From NCBI RefSeq assembly GCF_009914755.1, contig NC_060933.1: DNA of 64,000 bases; one strand, given 5' to 3'. Positions 22,641-36,690 of this stretch are shown here, one piece after another. Under the pieces are notes generated by a model. The model did no database searches and was not told the DNA's origin. It was given only the letters and a program-made list of their open reading frames with translations. The number at the start of each line of letters is the position of its first letter. The first letter of the stretch is position 1. The position numbers and the translations under genes were made by a program. This DNA is from the human T2T-CHM13v2.0 reference genome, Homo sapiens.

Positions 22641-24971
22641 CTGGAAGTGCCAGGGTACATTTGAGCTATAAGTGCATTCAGCTAGCATCAATAGGTCTTC
22701 AACAAGGAATGTGCAATGAAATCAGTCATGGGTAGTAGTCACCTTCTTTTGAGATGGCTGCATAGAATTTTTACCTTCTGATGACAAAAGTAATACCAAC
22801 TCGTGACTAACGAACAGCTTTATGGCAATACATAATAAAATGTAAGGGTCACCCATCATGCCAGCCTCTCCCTACCCAGAATAATCTCTATTCACAGTTT
22901 GTTGAAGTCATCTAGATATTTGTTCTATGAGTATACAAACATAGGTTGTCATTTAGTTTAGTTTTTTTTTTTTCTTCAAAACTGAACCGTACTACACAAA
23001 CTATTTTTCTTTCATGTGTTTTTGCTCTCACTATATAGGTTCCATCACCACATGACTTACTATAGCTTTGAAATATAAGGATTCATATCGCAAAAATAAT
23101 TCCTTTTCAAATAATAAATATTGAGTACTTAAAGGTTTCAAATATATTTTTATGTATAATAAATTATATGTATATTATATTTAAGGTGGGATTCTCAGAG
23201 TTATAGAAGGCCTTTGAGATTTTGCCAATCAAAAATTCATTAATTTTATCTTAAGGCTCACTCACCTCCTCAAAAATTACTCAAGTAGAGTCTGTTTCCC
23301 CACTACTTACTTGAGACTTAATACATTTACAGTATTGGTGAACAGTTCTTAAAAGACAAAAATCAAGATTACAGACTGCCTAGACTGTTCAGAGTAATGG
23401 GCTAGAAATAAGACTTTGTGAAAGGATAAATACAAAATAAGTTGGGTAGCTGATGACCCTTGGCATTTATTTCCATTCCTGGACTTGCCAAATATTCTTA
23501 TAATTATTAGCTACCTTACCTGTGTCTCCAGCTAAACTGTGTGCTCTCCGAGGTCAGGGACCATTTCCTATTCATTTCTAGAGCCCTAGCACTGGGTAGG
23601 CCATTCAATAGATATTTCTTAAATTGTTTTGAATTAGGACAGCAAAAGCAACCGCACACAAGGAAAGCCAAGAGAACAATTTATGTGTGAACAAGCCTGG
23701 GAATCTGGAAAAAGCCAATGGAATCTGGCTGTGTGTATAGCAAGATGTGCCATCCCATGTTACTGCACTTTTCATGCATCATTCCCTTGTCCTTGAGTTA
23801 ACTAACTTCTCCCTTCCTCCCACCCCAGTGGCAACACCATAGCCCTTTCAACTTTCTGCAAATGAAGCAACTAATTCCTTTTTTTCCAAGCAGCCACGGA
23901 GACAAGTGGGTACCTTCCTTACTTTCTGCCACCTCTTCAGAGTACTTCTACTTCCTTTGTTTAATGATCCTTTTTCAAATGCCTGCTTCCTGCTTATTTT
24001 CTTCCTCTCTTTTGGAGTATTCTTTTGTCTTCCTCTATGAACTCAGTGACTGGCTCACAGCCTTGCTTTCCAATCCAAATGTAATCTTCATGCTCTGGAA
24101 TTACAATAGACTAGACTCAATGGTAATAACTCAACAGACACTTCAGTCGCCTAAGCTAGGGAAATTTGTCTCCTTCCTGACTGTCCTCCAGCTGCCCACC
24201 TGTGGCCAAATTCACCATAACAGCTCCGTCTCCAGCACCTCAAATTTGCCTTTACTCTGACCACTGTGGGTGGATCTCCTTCCCCATCCAACCTAGACCT
24301 GACCAGAGGGTTAGCCGTTTCAAAGGGGCTTTCTCCAGCATCCTGGTTTCTCTCGTCCCCTCGTCCTCTGGTTTCCAACTTACCAGACTCCAACCCTGAA
24401 TAACCTTCACTCCTGCCCTTCCTCTGATGTTAGCCAGTCTTTCTGATTCTAACCTCCATCTTTTCCAATCTGTTTTCCAGGATATCTTTGTTAATCACAA
24501 ATCAAATTTACTTTTCAAAATAAATTTGAGCTGAGTCAGACTTATCCCTATGTAATGTCAGTTTACACCTAAGTATTTCAAGGTATTTTCTTAAGTGAAA
24601 GAGACAGGAATAGAGCCACAACCAATGTGCTAGAAGTTGCAAATAGCTGCAGTCTATCTTACTTGTCCCAAACTAAATGGAGTGAGCAGCTGTGTGGTTA
24701 GTAGCTGTGGCAATCACAAATTATTGTCCTTGTGAGTTGTGATTTTATTGTTACTCTGATTTTATAGTATTTTAAAATTTTGCCCATGGGTAAGTTTTTA
24801 ATTAGGGATACAGAGAAGGAAAGATGAGGAAATTCACATCTACCTTGCATGTAAGCAAGAGTAATGCCATCAATATGTCTATTAGAAGAAACATAATAAT
24901 TGTCATAACTAAACCACAGGCAGACAGTGAAGTGTAAGTGCAGTTCCCTATTAGCACATTAAAATTGATCA

Positions 24972-25416
<445 letters not shown>

Positions 25417-27029
25417 TTAAGTAAAATATTGATAAGATTTGCTTTTTCTGTTTTAAAATGAAAGCTTTTTAGTTACTTTTTGAATAGCTTCATTATTATG
25501 TGCCTCTACCCCTATAACTTAACAAAAAGGTACATAGTACTTTTCACTGTACTTCTTTCTCTTCTGATTTTTTGGGGTATTTTCTAAATCACGGCATGCC
25601 TAGGAGAGAACGTTGAGTAAATAGATATCATCCACTATGTGTTGCCAAGAGCAGAATAAGAGTTGGAGAACTTGAGGTCGGAGAAGTAATTCTGTGCAAG
25701 TGTAGGTTTAAGATTTATTTATTTATTTATTATCTTTTTCCAAATTGAGAGAAAGCAAAAAACAAGGGTAAGAAAGAAGCTTTCAAAACTATACTGTGCT
25801 GCACACGTTGGTGGTTGTTTTTATATTAATTATCATAATCCCAATGAACAGAGGTGACTCTACTGGGACTGGCCATATAAAGCCACTGTTAATAAAGTAC
25901 TGAGAGCAGCCCAGCCGCACAGCACTAGCCCAGGCAGAGCAGCTTTCACTGTGCTCCTGGGCTTCCTGTATCCAAAAGGGGAAGGAGGGTTGTTGACAGC
26001 AACGGATCTGCAACATTTGAGGGTACCATAAGCCTGTCCAAGTTCCACCCCAGGCCTTCTTGCTTGCCTCAGCCCCAATCCGGCACTCTCACCCTGGGGA
26101 AGCATCCAGATGTTCCATGGAACCTCTTCTCCAAGTCATAACAGTGTTGTGTTTTTTTTTTTTTTTCCAGTGGAATTTTGGAGTCGCGGTGCTGTAGCGG
26201 CATCAAGTGTGACTCTTTCGGTGTATTGCTGGGCTCATTTTGATTGAGCACATACCAGGAGGGATTGTTTTCACCCAACTGGAGCTAGTGAACATTAGGG
26301 GCAAATGATCTTTTTGAACCCACTTCTCCGTATAGATCATCTTTACTTAATGGTGTACAGATCACACGGGAGATGCTGGAACCATGAGTTTGAGATTTGG
26401 CTTGAAAGCTGCTGCAGGCTCAAGTCCAGGAAGTACCATTCACATTGTTGTTAATGAAATGTACAGCCTTAGGTAGAGGTCCTGTCTAGCTCCCTATCAC
26501 ACATGCATGTCCTTAGTTAAAGCATTTACCCTCTCTGAGCCTTGGAGTTTCTAATATGCAAAATAATGATGCCGACTTTATGGGGTTATTTCAAGGATCA
26601 AATGAGATAACACAATGGAAGTACTTTCATATTCTAAATTACTGTAGAAATAGTAGCTATTATTAAAATACTATAGTAGAAGCAAATTTGTTTTCAATTT
26701 ATGATCCTTTTTAATCAACCATAGAATGGGTTTAAGTAAAAAAGGAAAAAATTTCACATCTAGCCTCAAGCTGAATGAAGTTTCCTTACATCATGAGCTT
26801 TCTTGGAAGCCTAAGACAGTTCAGTGTTTGGAAGGTGGTGCTTAATCTGGAGCCTTGTTGATATAAATTTATCTGAACTTCAGGGCTTGGTTGGAACCAC
26901 CCAAATAAGAAACTCCTTAGCACTTGATACTCTAATGGGCTAGTGGAATGCATTGATGAGTCCCAGTGTTAGACATCATTACTATAATTATTACTGACAT
27001 TAATCGATGATCATTTTTAATTAATGATA

Positions 27030-27280
27030 ACTATCACTTATTGCATATCTACTGATTGAGTACTTTGTAAACATTGTTTCATTTTATTTAAGCCATACAA
27101 CAATCCCATGAGACAGGAACCTCCATGACTAGCTCCTTGCTGTTTAGGAAGGAGGAAAATAGGCTTAAGCAAGTTAAGTGGTGTGCCCTGGGTCATAGTT
27201 AAATCCAGCAGAGTTGAGGTTAGGGGGCACATCAGCCTGACTCCAAAGTCTGTTTACTGTGCCACTGCTTCCCTAAGCCT
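27030..27280 (-). mobile_element. MIR SINE
   Basis: 'acaacaatcccatgagacagg...gaggaaaataggcttaagcaagttaagtgg...ctgactccaaagtc'. Confidence 0.7.
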
Positions 27281-27399
27281 CAGTTCTTAGATGTACTGTT
27301 TTTCCCCAGGCAAATCTTAAAAAGGTTATACATGAACCCCAGGAAAGTGCTCTGTGTTTGAAATATTAAAACCATTCTTGGATGTGACCTTCTGCGATC

Positions 27400-29260
27400 T
27401 TATCTTCCAAATCTCTTGGAAGGAAAAAACCAATAATCCCAACTTCTACTTTCTCACCACTCACTCTTTGCTTTTCGTAAACTGCTAGACTCAGTGTTCT
27501 GCCTTCAGCATTTTATTGAAACCACTTTCATGAAGTGATCTAATACGGGCTAACTGCAGTGGCATTTTCTCTGGGAAGGAGTCATTCCTTCTTGCTGTTT
27601 ACACCTGCTGCCTCCTTGGCTCCCCCTCCCTCTCTCTGGAATTCCTTGCAGCATGACCTTGATCCCTATGACTATAATGAAATAGCTTTCACAAGGATCA
27701 TCAGTGACTTCAGACAAACAAGGTCACGGCCTCTGCTCTTGCCTCATCCTTCTTTTTTTGTCTGTGGCATTTAAAACTGCTGACCTTCCTCCTGGGGAAA
27801 TTCTCTTCCCTTGGTTTTGGTCTTGCTATGTGTTTCAGGCTCTCCTCCAGCCTCTCTGATCATGCCTTCCCTTTACCTTGTTTTTGCCATGTTTCTCCTG
27901 CTCCCCTTACATGTACTTGGTTCTCGTCCTCAGTTCTCTTTGCACTCTCTCTCTCTCTTTACAGATATATGAAGTCAACTTGCCCTCTTCTGATGCCACC
28001 AATACTTCCAGTGCTAACCTCTCATGTTAAGTCTGAGACCCTCTGTTCTAACTGCTCCCTACCTTCTCCACCTGCGGGTCTCATTCAACCTTCATTTCAA
28101 AGGTTCTAAAATGGAACTCATTAATTTCCTACTAAACTTGTCCCTTTGCCAGAGCCCTTGGGACCTAGCTAATATCCTCTGCCACTCCAGGTCTTGTTGG
28201 ACCCACGTTCCATCAACCAGTCATTTGTTGTCTGCTTAGTCCTGATGTTTATATTGCCTTAATTCTTCTCACATCCATCTCCCTCCTTCCCATCCTCATC
28301 TCTTACCTAAGCCATTAATTACCATGTTTATCCCACCTGCAAAGTCCTCCATTCATTCTATTCTAAGCAAGGTTAAGAGTTCAAATCATCCTCCTATTCA
28401 GAAGTCTTTAACAGCTCTGCATGGCCTGTGTATTAGTCCGTTTTCACATTGCTATAAAGAACTACCTGAGACTGCGTAATTTATAAAGAAAAGAGGTTTA
28501 ATTGACTCACGGTTCTACATGGCTAGGGAGGCCTCAGGAAACTTATAATCAAGGTGGAAGGCAAAGGGGGAGCAAGGCACATCTTATATGGTGGCAGGAG
28601 AGAGAAAGAGAGTGAGGGGGGGATGTGCCATACTTCTAAACCATCAGATCTTGTGATAACTCACTTACTGTCACAAGAATAGCATGGAGGAAACTGTCCC
28701 CATGATCCAGTCACCTCCCACAAGGTCCCTTCCTTGACACGTGGGGATTACAATTAGAGATGAGATTTGGGTGGGGACACAGAACCAAACCATATCAGCC
28801 TGTTTAAAAGAGGAAAAAAAAAAAAAACTCAGTCAATATTCTCCATGTTTATACCCAGCCTTTTCTCTTTCCATCAGCTGCCTCATTCTCCCTATATTCT
28901 AGCCTAACTGGAATGAGCATCTCTCTCCTCATCCTTTTGCCTTTGTTCATGTTATGTCCCCTTTCCTTCATCTCCACATGCCCAGGTACTACCTGTCTTT
29001 CAAAGCCACTTGCAAATTCCTTCATTTCTGTGATGCAACAGTGATCTCCCGAGATGTGAGTCAACTCTTCCTCTGAAATCCCTCAATGCTGTGCCCTACC
29101 TCTCTTAAGAACATGTAGTTCAGTCTACTGACTCCATAATATTACCAGGAGGGAGCTCTTTAGGAGCAGGGTTTTTGTTATTTTTTTATTCTGAACAATG
29201 AATATAAGGCTGCTTCCTTCCTAGAGTAGATGTCCTGTAAATGTAAAATGAAAATTTGTT
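27400..29260 (+). mobile_element. L2 remnant, interrupted by the LTR at 28429-28797
   Basis: Long pyrimidine-rich L2-like stretch ('ctcattcaaccttcatttcaaagg', 'cctgtctttcaaagccacttgcaaatt'); boundaries approximate. Confidence 0.55.
28429..28797 (-). mobile_element. ERVL-MaLR solo LTR (THE1D/MSTA-like)
   Basis: TG...CA ends (tgtattagtcc...aaaccatatca), 369 bp, perfect 5-bp TSD GCCTG (28424-28428 / 28798-28802). Confidence 0.92.
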
Positions 29261-29501
29261 GTGTCCTGTAAATAGTCATGGTAGTAAAGTAGTAAATCAA
29301 GATTTGAATGCTTTTCTGACTCCAGAGCCCCACTGTCTTCTGGCCACGCTACTAACAACAGATAATGGACTCATGGGCATTTGTTTGATTGTTTGAGCAC
29401 TCACTCATCTTAGTGTGTGTTGCTGTAATCTCCCCTAACAACCTGAGAGCTCTTGAAATATGAGATCTGATTATCTTTGTATCTATCAGGTATCTAACAT
29501 A

Positions 29502-31876
29502 CAGGAATACCTTGGAGATGTTGCGGGTTTGGTTCCAGACCACCTCAGTAAAGCAAATATTGCAATATAAAAGTCATACAAATCTTTTGGTTTCCCAGTA
29601 CACATAAAAGTCATGTTTACACTATACTGTAGTTTACTAAGTATACAATAGCATTATGTCTAAAAAATGTACATATCTTAATTAAAAAATGATTTATTGC
29701 TAAAAAATGCTAATGATTATCTGAGCTTTCAGTGACTCATAATCTCTTTGCTAATGAAGGATGTTTGCCTTGATGTTGGTGGCTGCTGACTGATCAGGGT
29801 GGTGGTTGCTGAGGATTGGGAGTAGCTGTGTCAGTTTCTTAAAGTAAAACAACAATGAAGTTTGCCACATTGATTGACTCTTCCTTTCACAAAAGTTTTA
29901 TCTGCAGCATGCAGTGCTGTTGCAGTGCTATTTGATAGCATTTTACCCACAGTAGAACTTCCTTCAAAATTAGAGTCAATATTCTCAAACCCTGCCACTA
30001 CTTTATCAGCTAAGTTTATGAAATATGCTAAATCCTTTGTTGTCATTTCAACAGTGTTCGCAACATCTTCATCAAAAGTAGTCTTCACCTCAAGAAACCA
30101 CTTTCTTTGTTCCTCTATAAAAAGCAACTCCTTATCTTTGCAAGTTTTATCATGAGATTTTATCATGAGAATCAGTCACCTCTCCAGGCTCTACTTCTAA
30201 TTCTGGTTCTCTTGGTGTTTGTACCACACCTGCAGTTACTTCCTTCACCACAGTCTTAAACCCCTCAAAGTCATCCATGAGAGTTGGAATCAACTTCTTC
30301 GACACTCCTGCTAATGTTGATATTTTGACGTCCTCCCATGAATCACAGATGTTCTTAATGTCATCTAGAATGGTGATTCCTTTCGAAAAGTGTTTTATTT
30401 TACTTTGCCTAAGTCAGAAGAATTCATCGGAAGAATCACTATCTATGGCAACTGAATCCTTATTACCTGTATTTCTTAAATAGTAACTCTTGAAATGGAA
30501 ATTACTCCTTGATCCATGGGCTACAGAGTGGATATTGTGTTAGCAGGCATGAAAACAACATTAATCTCCTTGTATATCTTCATCAGAGCTCTAGGGTGAT
30601 GAAGTTCATTGCCAATGAGTAGTAACATTTTGAAAGGAATCTTTTTTATCTGAGTAGTAAGTCCCAACAGTGAGCTTCAAATATTTAGTAAACCATGCTG
30701 TAAACAGATGTGCTATCATCCAGGCTTTGTTGTTCCATTTATAGAGCACAGAGTACAATTAGCATAATTTTAAAGGATTTTTTGAATGGGAAAAGCACTG
30801 CTGTCAACATAAAGTCACCAGCTGCATTAGTCTGTACCAAGAGTGTCAGCCTGTCCTTCGGAGCTTTGAAGCCAGTTATTAACTTCCCCTTAGCTGTGAA
30901 AGTCCTAGATGGAATCTTCTTCCAATAAAGTCTGTGGGGCCTACATTGAAAATCTGTTGCTTAGTGGAGCCAGCTTCATCCCTTCTCTTAGCTATATCTT
31001 CTGGATAATCTGCTGCAGCTTCTACGTCAGCACTTGCTGCTTCACCTTGCACTTTTCTGCTTTGAAGACAGCTTCTTTTCTGAAACCTTATAAACCAACC
31101 TCTGCTAGCTTCAGACATTTCTTCTCCAGCTCTGTCACCTCTCTTAGCCTTCATAGAATTGAAGATAATGAGGGCCTTGCTTTGGATTAGGCTTTGGCTT
31201 AAGAGAATGTCGTGGCTGATTTGATCTTCTATCCAGGCTACTACAACTTTCTCCATAATCAGCAATAAGGATGTTTTGTTTTCTTATTATTCATGTGTTC
31301 ACTGGAGTAGCACTTTTAATTTTCCTCAAGAACTTTTCCTTTGCATTCACAACTTGACTAACTGTTTGGCACAAGAGGCCTGGTTTTCATCGTGTCTCAG
31401 CTTTCAGCATGCCTTCCTCACTAAGCTTAATCATTCCTAGCTTTTGATTTAAGGCGAGAGACGTGTGACTTTTTCTTTCACTTGAACACTTAGAGGCCAT
31501 TCTACTAGGGTTAGTCATTGGCCTAATTTCAATATTGTCGTGGCTCAGGGAATAGGGAGGTCCAAGGAGAGGGAAGCAGATGGGGGAAATGGCTGGTCGG
31601 TAGAGCAGTCAGAACACACACATTTATTGATTAAGTTTGCATCTTACATAGGCATGGTTCATGACACCACAAAACAGTTAAAATATTAACATCAAAGATC
31701 ACACATCACCGTAACAGAAATTATAATAACATTTGAAATATTACAGAATATTGCATGACACGGACACAGGAAATGAGTACCTGTTGCTGGAAAAATGGTG
31801 TCAATAGACTTATTCAAGTTAAACCTTCAACTTGGAAAAAATGTAATATTTTGTAGTGCAATAAAGCATATGCCTG
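29502..31876 (-). mobile_element. Near full-length Tigger1 (TcMar) DNA transposon with disrupted transposase
   Basis: Termini CAGGAATACC... and ...TATGCCTG flanked by TA TSDs; ~2.4 kb. Minus-strand ORF fragments 30879-31265 (CENP-B-type [12 protein letters not shown]) and 29831-30166 are Tigger transposase remnants. Confidence 0.92.
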
Positions 31877-34800
31877 TATAGTACATATAATATATATCAT
31901 GAGTAATCCAACCATTTATAAAAAGCTAAGACATCCAGAAGAATATTGCATCACTTTGCAAAATAATATTTTGATCACAGTGTTGTCTAAATGAATCTAA
32001 GAAATATGTATTAAGCGTCTGAGTTGACAAATGGATGTTAAAACTAAGAGTAAAATGCAGATCTAGAAATATTTTGGATGTTGCTGAGAGTGTGTATTCA
32101 GGAAATAGAGCAAAGGGTGGCTGATGATTACACACTGTGGTTTGCAGCACATGGATAAAGCACTTGGTCACCTGTTCTACATTATTATTAATTTTTGCAC
32201 ATGAAGGGTTGGTAGGGAGCAGAGAAGGTAGCCTACTAAGTTCCTTTCTTTCCTTCCCATAGGTAGAGCCATAGTCCATTTGAGATGTGAATGTACTGAG
32301 TTCAATAGAAACAGTTGGATGAACAGTTCAGATGAACAATTCTAACCTGCTAGTAAAATCCCGAGAAGAAAAGATGGTGTTTTCTACTTAACAAAACAAA
32401 ATGTGGAATCGTGGGGTGCTGATGATATTCCATCATCACTAGGGAATGTGCTGCCAGTTGGTTTTTCTCACAGTGGGAATGCATTTCTACCAAGCCTCCT
32501 TTCCCATCTGAGGTCAGGACTGTGGGTACAATTTACAGACACAGTAAAGGTAAAACTGGGAGGCCACTATCTCACCTGCTCCCTGCTTAAAGCCCTTCCG
32601 TGGCTGTCTACGTTGCCTTCAGAATAAATTCTGAGCTTAGCATGGAAAGCTGTTCATTGGGCCCTGCATTTCTCACTGGGATCATTCCTCACCACTTCTT
32701 CCCTTGCACTGTAGCTACACTGAATACCCTGTCTTTAAAAGGGTCCTACTATCTCACACTTTAGCCCTTGCTATTCCTTCTTCCTGGAATCCCTTTCTCC
32801 ACTTATTTTCTCTTCAAATTATTTTGTAGATCTATAGTGGGAAGAAAGCACCTCTCAGCACAGAGCCTAAGATTTCTCAAAATGAGTAGTAAGCAAACAC
32901 CCCTAAAGAGTAACCCATACTTAGCTGTGCCAGAAGTTCCTAAGGAAGCTGAGATGCCCTTATCAATCATGAAATAAAATCCAAACATCCATGCACACTA
33001 AGAAATTCGCGATAACATTCCTCGTGGGTAGCAGGGAGAACCAGACAGTCAACCAACACATCCACTGTAGATGACGTGGCAAGAAGTGCTATCAAGAGAA
33101 AGAAAGCCATGGTGAAGGGTAGAAAGGATGGGAGTTGGAGTGTCAGGTAAGGTGGTTGGGGAGGGCATCATTGATGACAGGAATGATTGAGGCCAAGCCT
33201 ATCAATTGGATGCCAAGAACCTTGCTCAAAGCTGCAGGTAATCTTGAAGAATATTGAAAAGGAAATAGACCCCAGAATCATTGCCAGGAAAGCCTGTCCA
33301 GTTTGGGAATTGAATTTGCCCTGAGATGACTTTTTGAAGCAAGTTGATTTGTGACCATTCCATGTGCATTGTTAACTAATAAAATAGGAGTGAATCATTC
33401 TGTCTGTGGTATTACTCAGGTTGAGCCCTGCCTTTGAGCTGAATCCAAGTCCCACAATCAATCCCCTCCCCACTCAGCCATCTCCCCCTACAAAATCACT
33501 GGACAAGTTGCTGCCATAAGTAGCAGTGCATTTGGCTGTGCCAGAACTGGTCAGTCAAAAAGTAGCCTCCAAGCAGCTACTATGTGCCTAGAGCTGGGAT
33601 GAATACTACATATTTTACAGCTGTGTCAGAGATCCCTGTTCCACTTGATTCTGCAGTCCAGTAAAGGAGTCCAAATGCTTCCATCCATAGAACACACTCC
33701 ATAAACACTTACTTGGTGCAGAATTGATATAATGCAGACTTCATTGCTGTGGAACTGAGGCCCTTGGAAGCACTCACTATGTGCCAGTCACTGGACTTCA
33801 CACATTGGTCTTATATAATCTCCAGAGCACCCTATGAAGTTGCCAATGTTATCTTCTCCACTTGACAAATGAGGACACAGAGGTGTGTTGGGTTAAAAGT
33901 TGCTGCAGACCTAGAAGGAGGCTCCTCAACATACTCTGGGAGCTGAAAAGTTGTCTGTTTTCCAGTTGTTGCTGGGTTTTGCCATCTATATAATGGGAAG
34001 TAATAATTCTCATAAGGTCATGGTGAAGGGCAACAAGAGACTTTACAAAAAACATCTGACACAGATGCTAGACAGAGCTGGCTAAGACAGTGAAAGGTGA
34101 ACCTGGATCTCACTACCTGATCCCTCCAGCTTCTTGGAAATTTAATACCCTACACCTGAATCCAGCATCACTGGGCAGCATTTCTGTGGGGTGAGTTTGG
34201 AGTGGGTGGAGGAGCTATCCTAAGGGAACAACCTACTGCTTTAACGGTGATTAAAAATATAGCTTAACCTAGAGCGAGGATTTTCTTACACTGCATGGAA
34301 ATAGGTGAAAATAAAAGAAAAAAAGGGTTAAGAAACCCACTGGGTTTGTTGGCTCAGAGACTCCCGCTCGGGGACAATTTTAGAAGAGCTCTGTGCTTTG
34401 AAATGTGGCTGCTCATTCTTGTTCTTGATCAACCATAGCCTTTCTCACCTGATTTCCGTGTAGCATCACTTAGAGCTCTACGTGTATCTAAATATATATA
34501 TGCTTATACCCAGATGTGCTCTTTCCTCTTGATTATCGAATCTTTTAAGAAATCTCCACAGTTGTTCCCTCCGGGCTCTCACAGCACTGTTCATAGCAAG
34601 CCATCAATTGTGACCAACTCCTTGAAGTCAGTAGGCATCTTCCCTCCAGTCAGGTCTTGAGGAGGAAGCACTGTGGCCTTGCCCACGGCCTGTGAGCTCT
34701 AAATACCATCTGAGGTTGCTCACAAGCTCTCTACGGTTGAGGCCAAGTCATTTATATAAAGAGGCTTTTGTGCTCAACACTTTTTGTTGGATTTTTTCAG

Positions 34801-35849
34801 TGTGGTAAAGACATCTATATGATCTAAACGAACAGCAGGAAACCTTACTTCCTCATCACACAATTCAAAAGAGTCACAGGTGAATTATGCATTCGGTATT
34901 GTGAGAGCTTCTCAATTAACAATGGCAGATGCCACCCAGAGTTTCCTCCAAAAAACATTAGAAAAAGGATCCTTCACCACACATTCATTTCCCTACAAGT
35001 TTCCTGCCTGTTTCAAGGAGGGTTTTTAAGAACACACACTTTGAATTACAAATATCATTTAATGAAGAAGGAATAGCTACAGTGGCAGAAAAAACAAACA
35101 CACACATTTTTGGGACTGGGCATTCAGGATCCCCAAGTTATGCTTCTGTTTCTTCATTGGTTACCTGGGCAACATAAACCCATATCTGCTTTTCTGAGCC
35201 ACTACAAGTCTTTAGGCAAAATGGATAGTCTGTATGCTACATATCTGGGATGAGTGCATTTCTAATGGAGGAAAATAGGTAAAACAGTGTATACAGTGAA
35301 AATATAGTTCTAAACACCTGAAGGTAATCCATGAATACCTTCTCACAGATTGCAAAGGGCTCTATTTGTATGGTCTCAGGTGTTGATTGTTTATCAAAAA
35401 GCTATGATGTATTTAAATACATGGTACCCATTACACCTGAGCATCTCACAAACATCGATGCCTACTGATGGGTGAAAAAAATGAGGGATAGAGAGCTGCA
35501 TACTGAATAATCTCAAGTGGCTTCCAGATGTGCTGATAGCATGTGTTTTGAGTTTTGGCTTATAGCTGATTTAGGGGCAAGACTAGAAATTAATGCCTTT
35601 GGTTTCTTGAGACAGCCATGGATTCTGAATTACATTGCATTCAAGTTCTTAAATGTTCAGAAGCCATTGTCCGTGTAATTAAAAAAGACCCAGGCTTATT
35701 TCAGCAAACATGGTTCAGTGTTTCAGTGGGAAGACTCTTAAACCTCAGTATCCAAAGAGAGAGTAGCATTTGGTCAGTTGCATTTTCTTTTTAAATCTGG
35801 GTTTTCCAGAACAGTATTTTCAGTTTGTACTCTTTTTTTTTTTGGATGT

Positions 35850-36690
35850 TTGTAGCATGTTTGTTGAGCACTTGCTTTAGGCCAGCCACTGGACTAAGTT
35901 CTGGGGTACATCGACTTAAAACAATTATAGATAGATGGATGGATGCACACATGGATACATGAATGGATAGATGGATGGATGGCCTAATTTCAAAGAGATC
36001 ATAGTCTGGTAGGGGTAAAATAAATTAACCTTAATACAGCATGATATGTAGTAGTAGGGGAGTCTAAGGGGGGAATTTAATATGTGTATCTAGAAGGGTC
36101 AAGGAAAATCTTCGTGGTGATGGCAGATTTGGACTGAGTTCAGTTTTGAAAGATGAGTAAGAGTTTGTCAGACTGAAAAGTATAAGAAGGATATTGCAAG
36201 AATATACAACAATGCAGGGGGAAAAGGCATAAAAAGTGAATATTAGAAGCCTTGTATGTGACTGGCATTAAGCACAGCATGGAAACAGTGTGGGCAAGGG
36301 AGTGAGGATCGGCCTGGAAAGATGAAGGAGAGTGTGAGCCCCATGGTTCAGAGTTTGGGCTTTTTTCTGTAAGAAAGTGAGTATCATGATCACATTTGCA
36401 TTTTAGAAAAGAAAGGAATCATAGGGGGAGAAGAAACTGGAAAATGGAATGCCAGTTAGGAACATGTTGCAGTAGAAGTTCACACAGCAACCACGAGGGC
36501 CTGAACAAAAGCCATGGCAGTGGGCTAGTGAGTGGATCACAGAGATAGAGTTTCTCAGGAGGCTGAACCAACAGAGCTTTTGACTCATTGAATGTGTGGA
36601 ATGAAAGAGAGAAATGAATCAAGGATTTATTCTGATTTCATTGACTGGGTGAATGAATGGTGATGTCATTGACAAAAAATATAGAAAGAC
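35850..36690 (-). mobile_element. L2 remnant
   Basis: 'catgtttgttgagcacttgctttaggccagccactg' and the following purine-rich L2-like sequence; boundaries approximate. Confidence 0.55.
35928..35982. repeat. Degenerate (TAGA/TGGA)n simple repeat
   Basis: tagatagatggatggatg...tggatagatggatggatgg directly visible. Confidence 0.7.
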
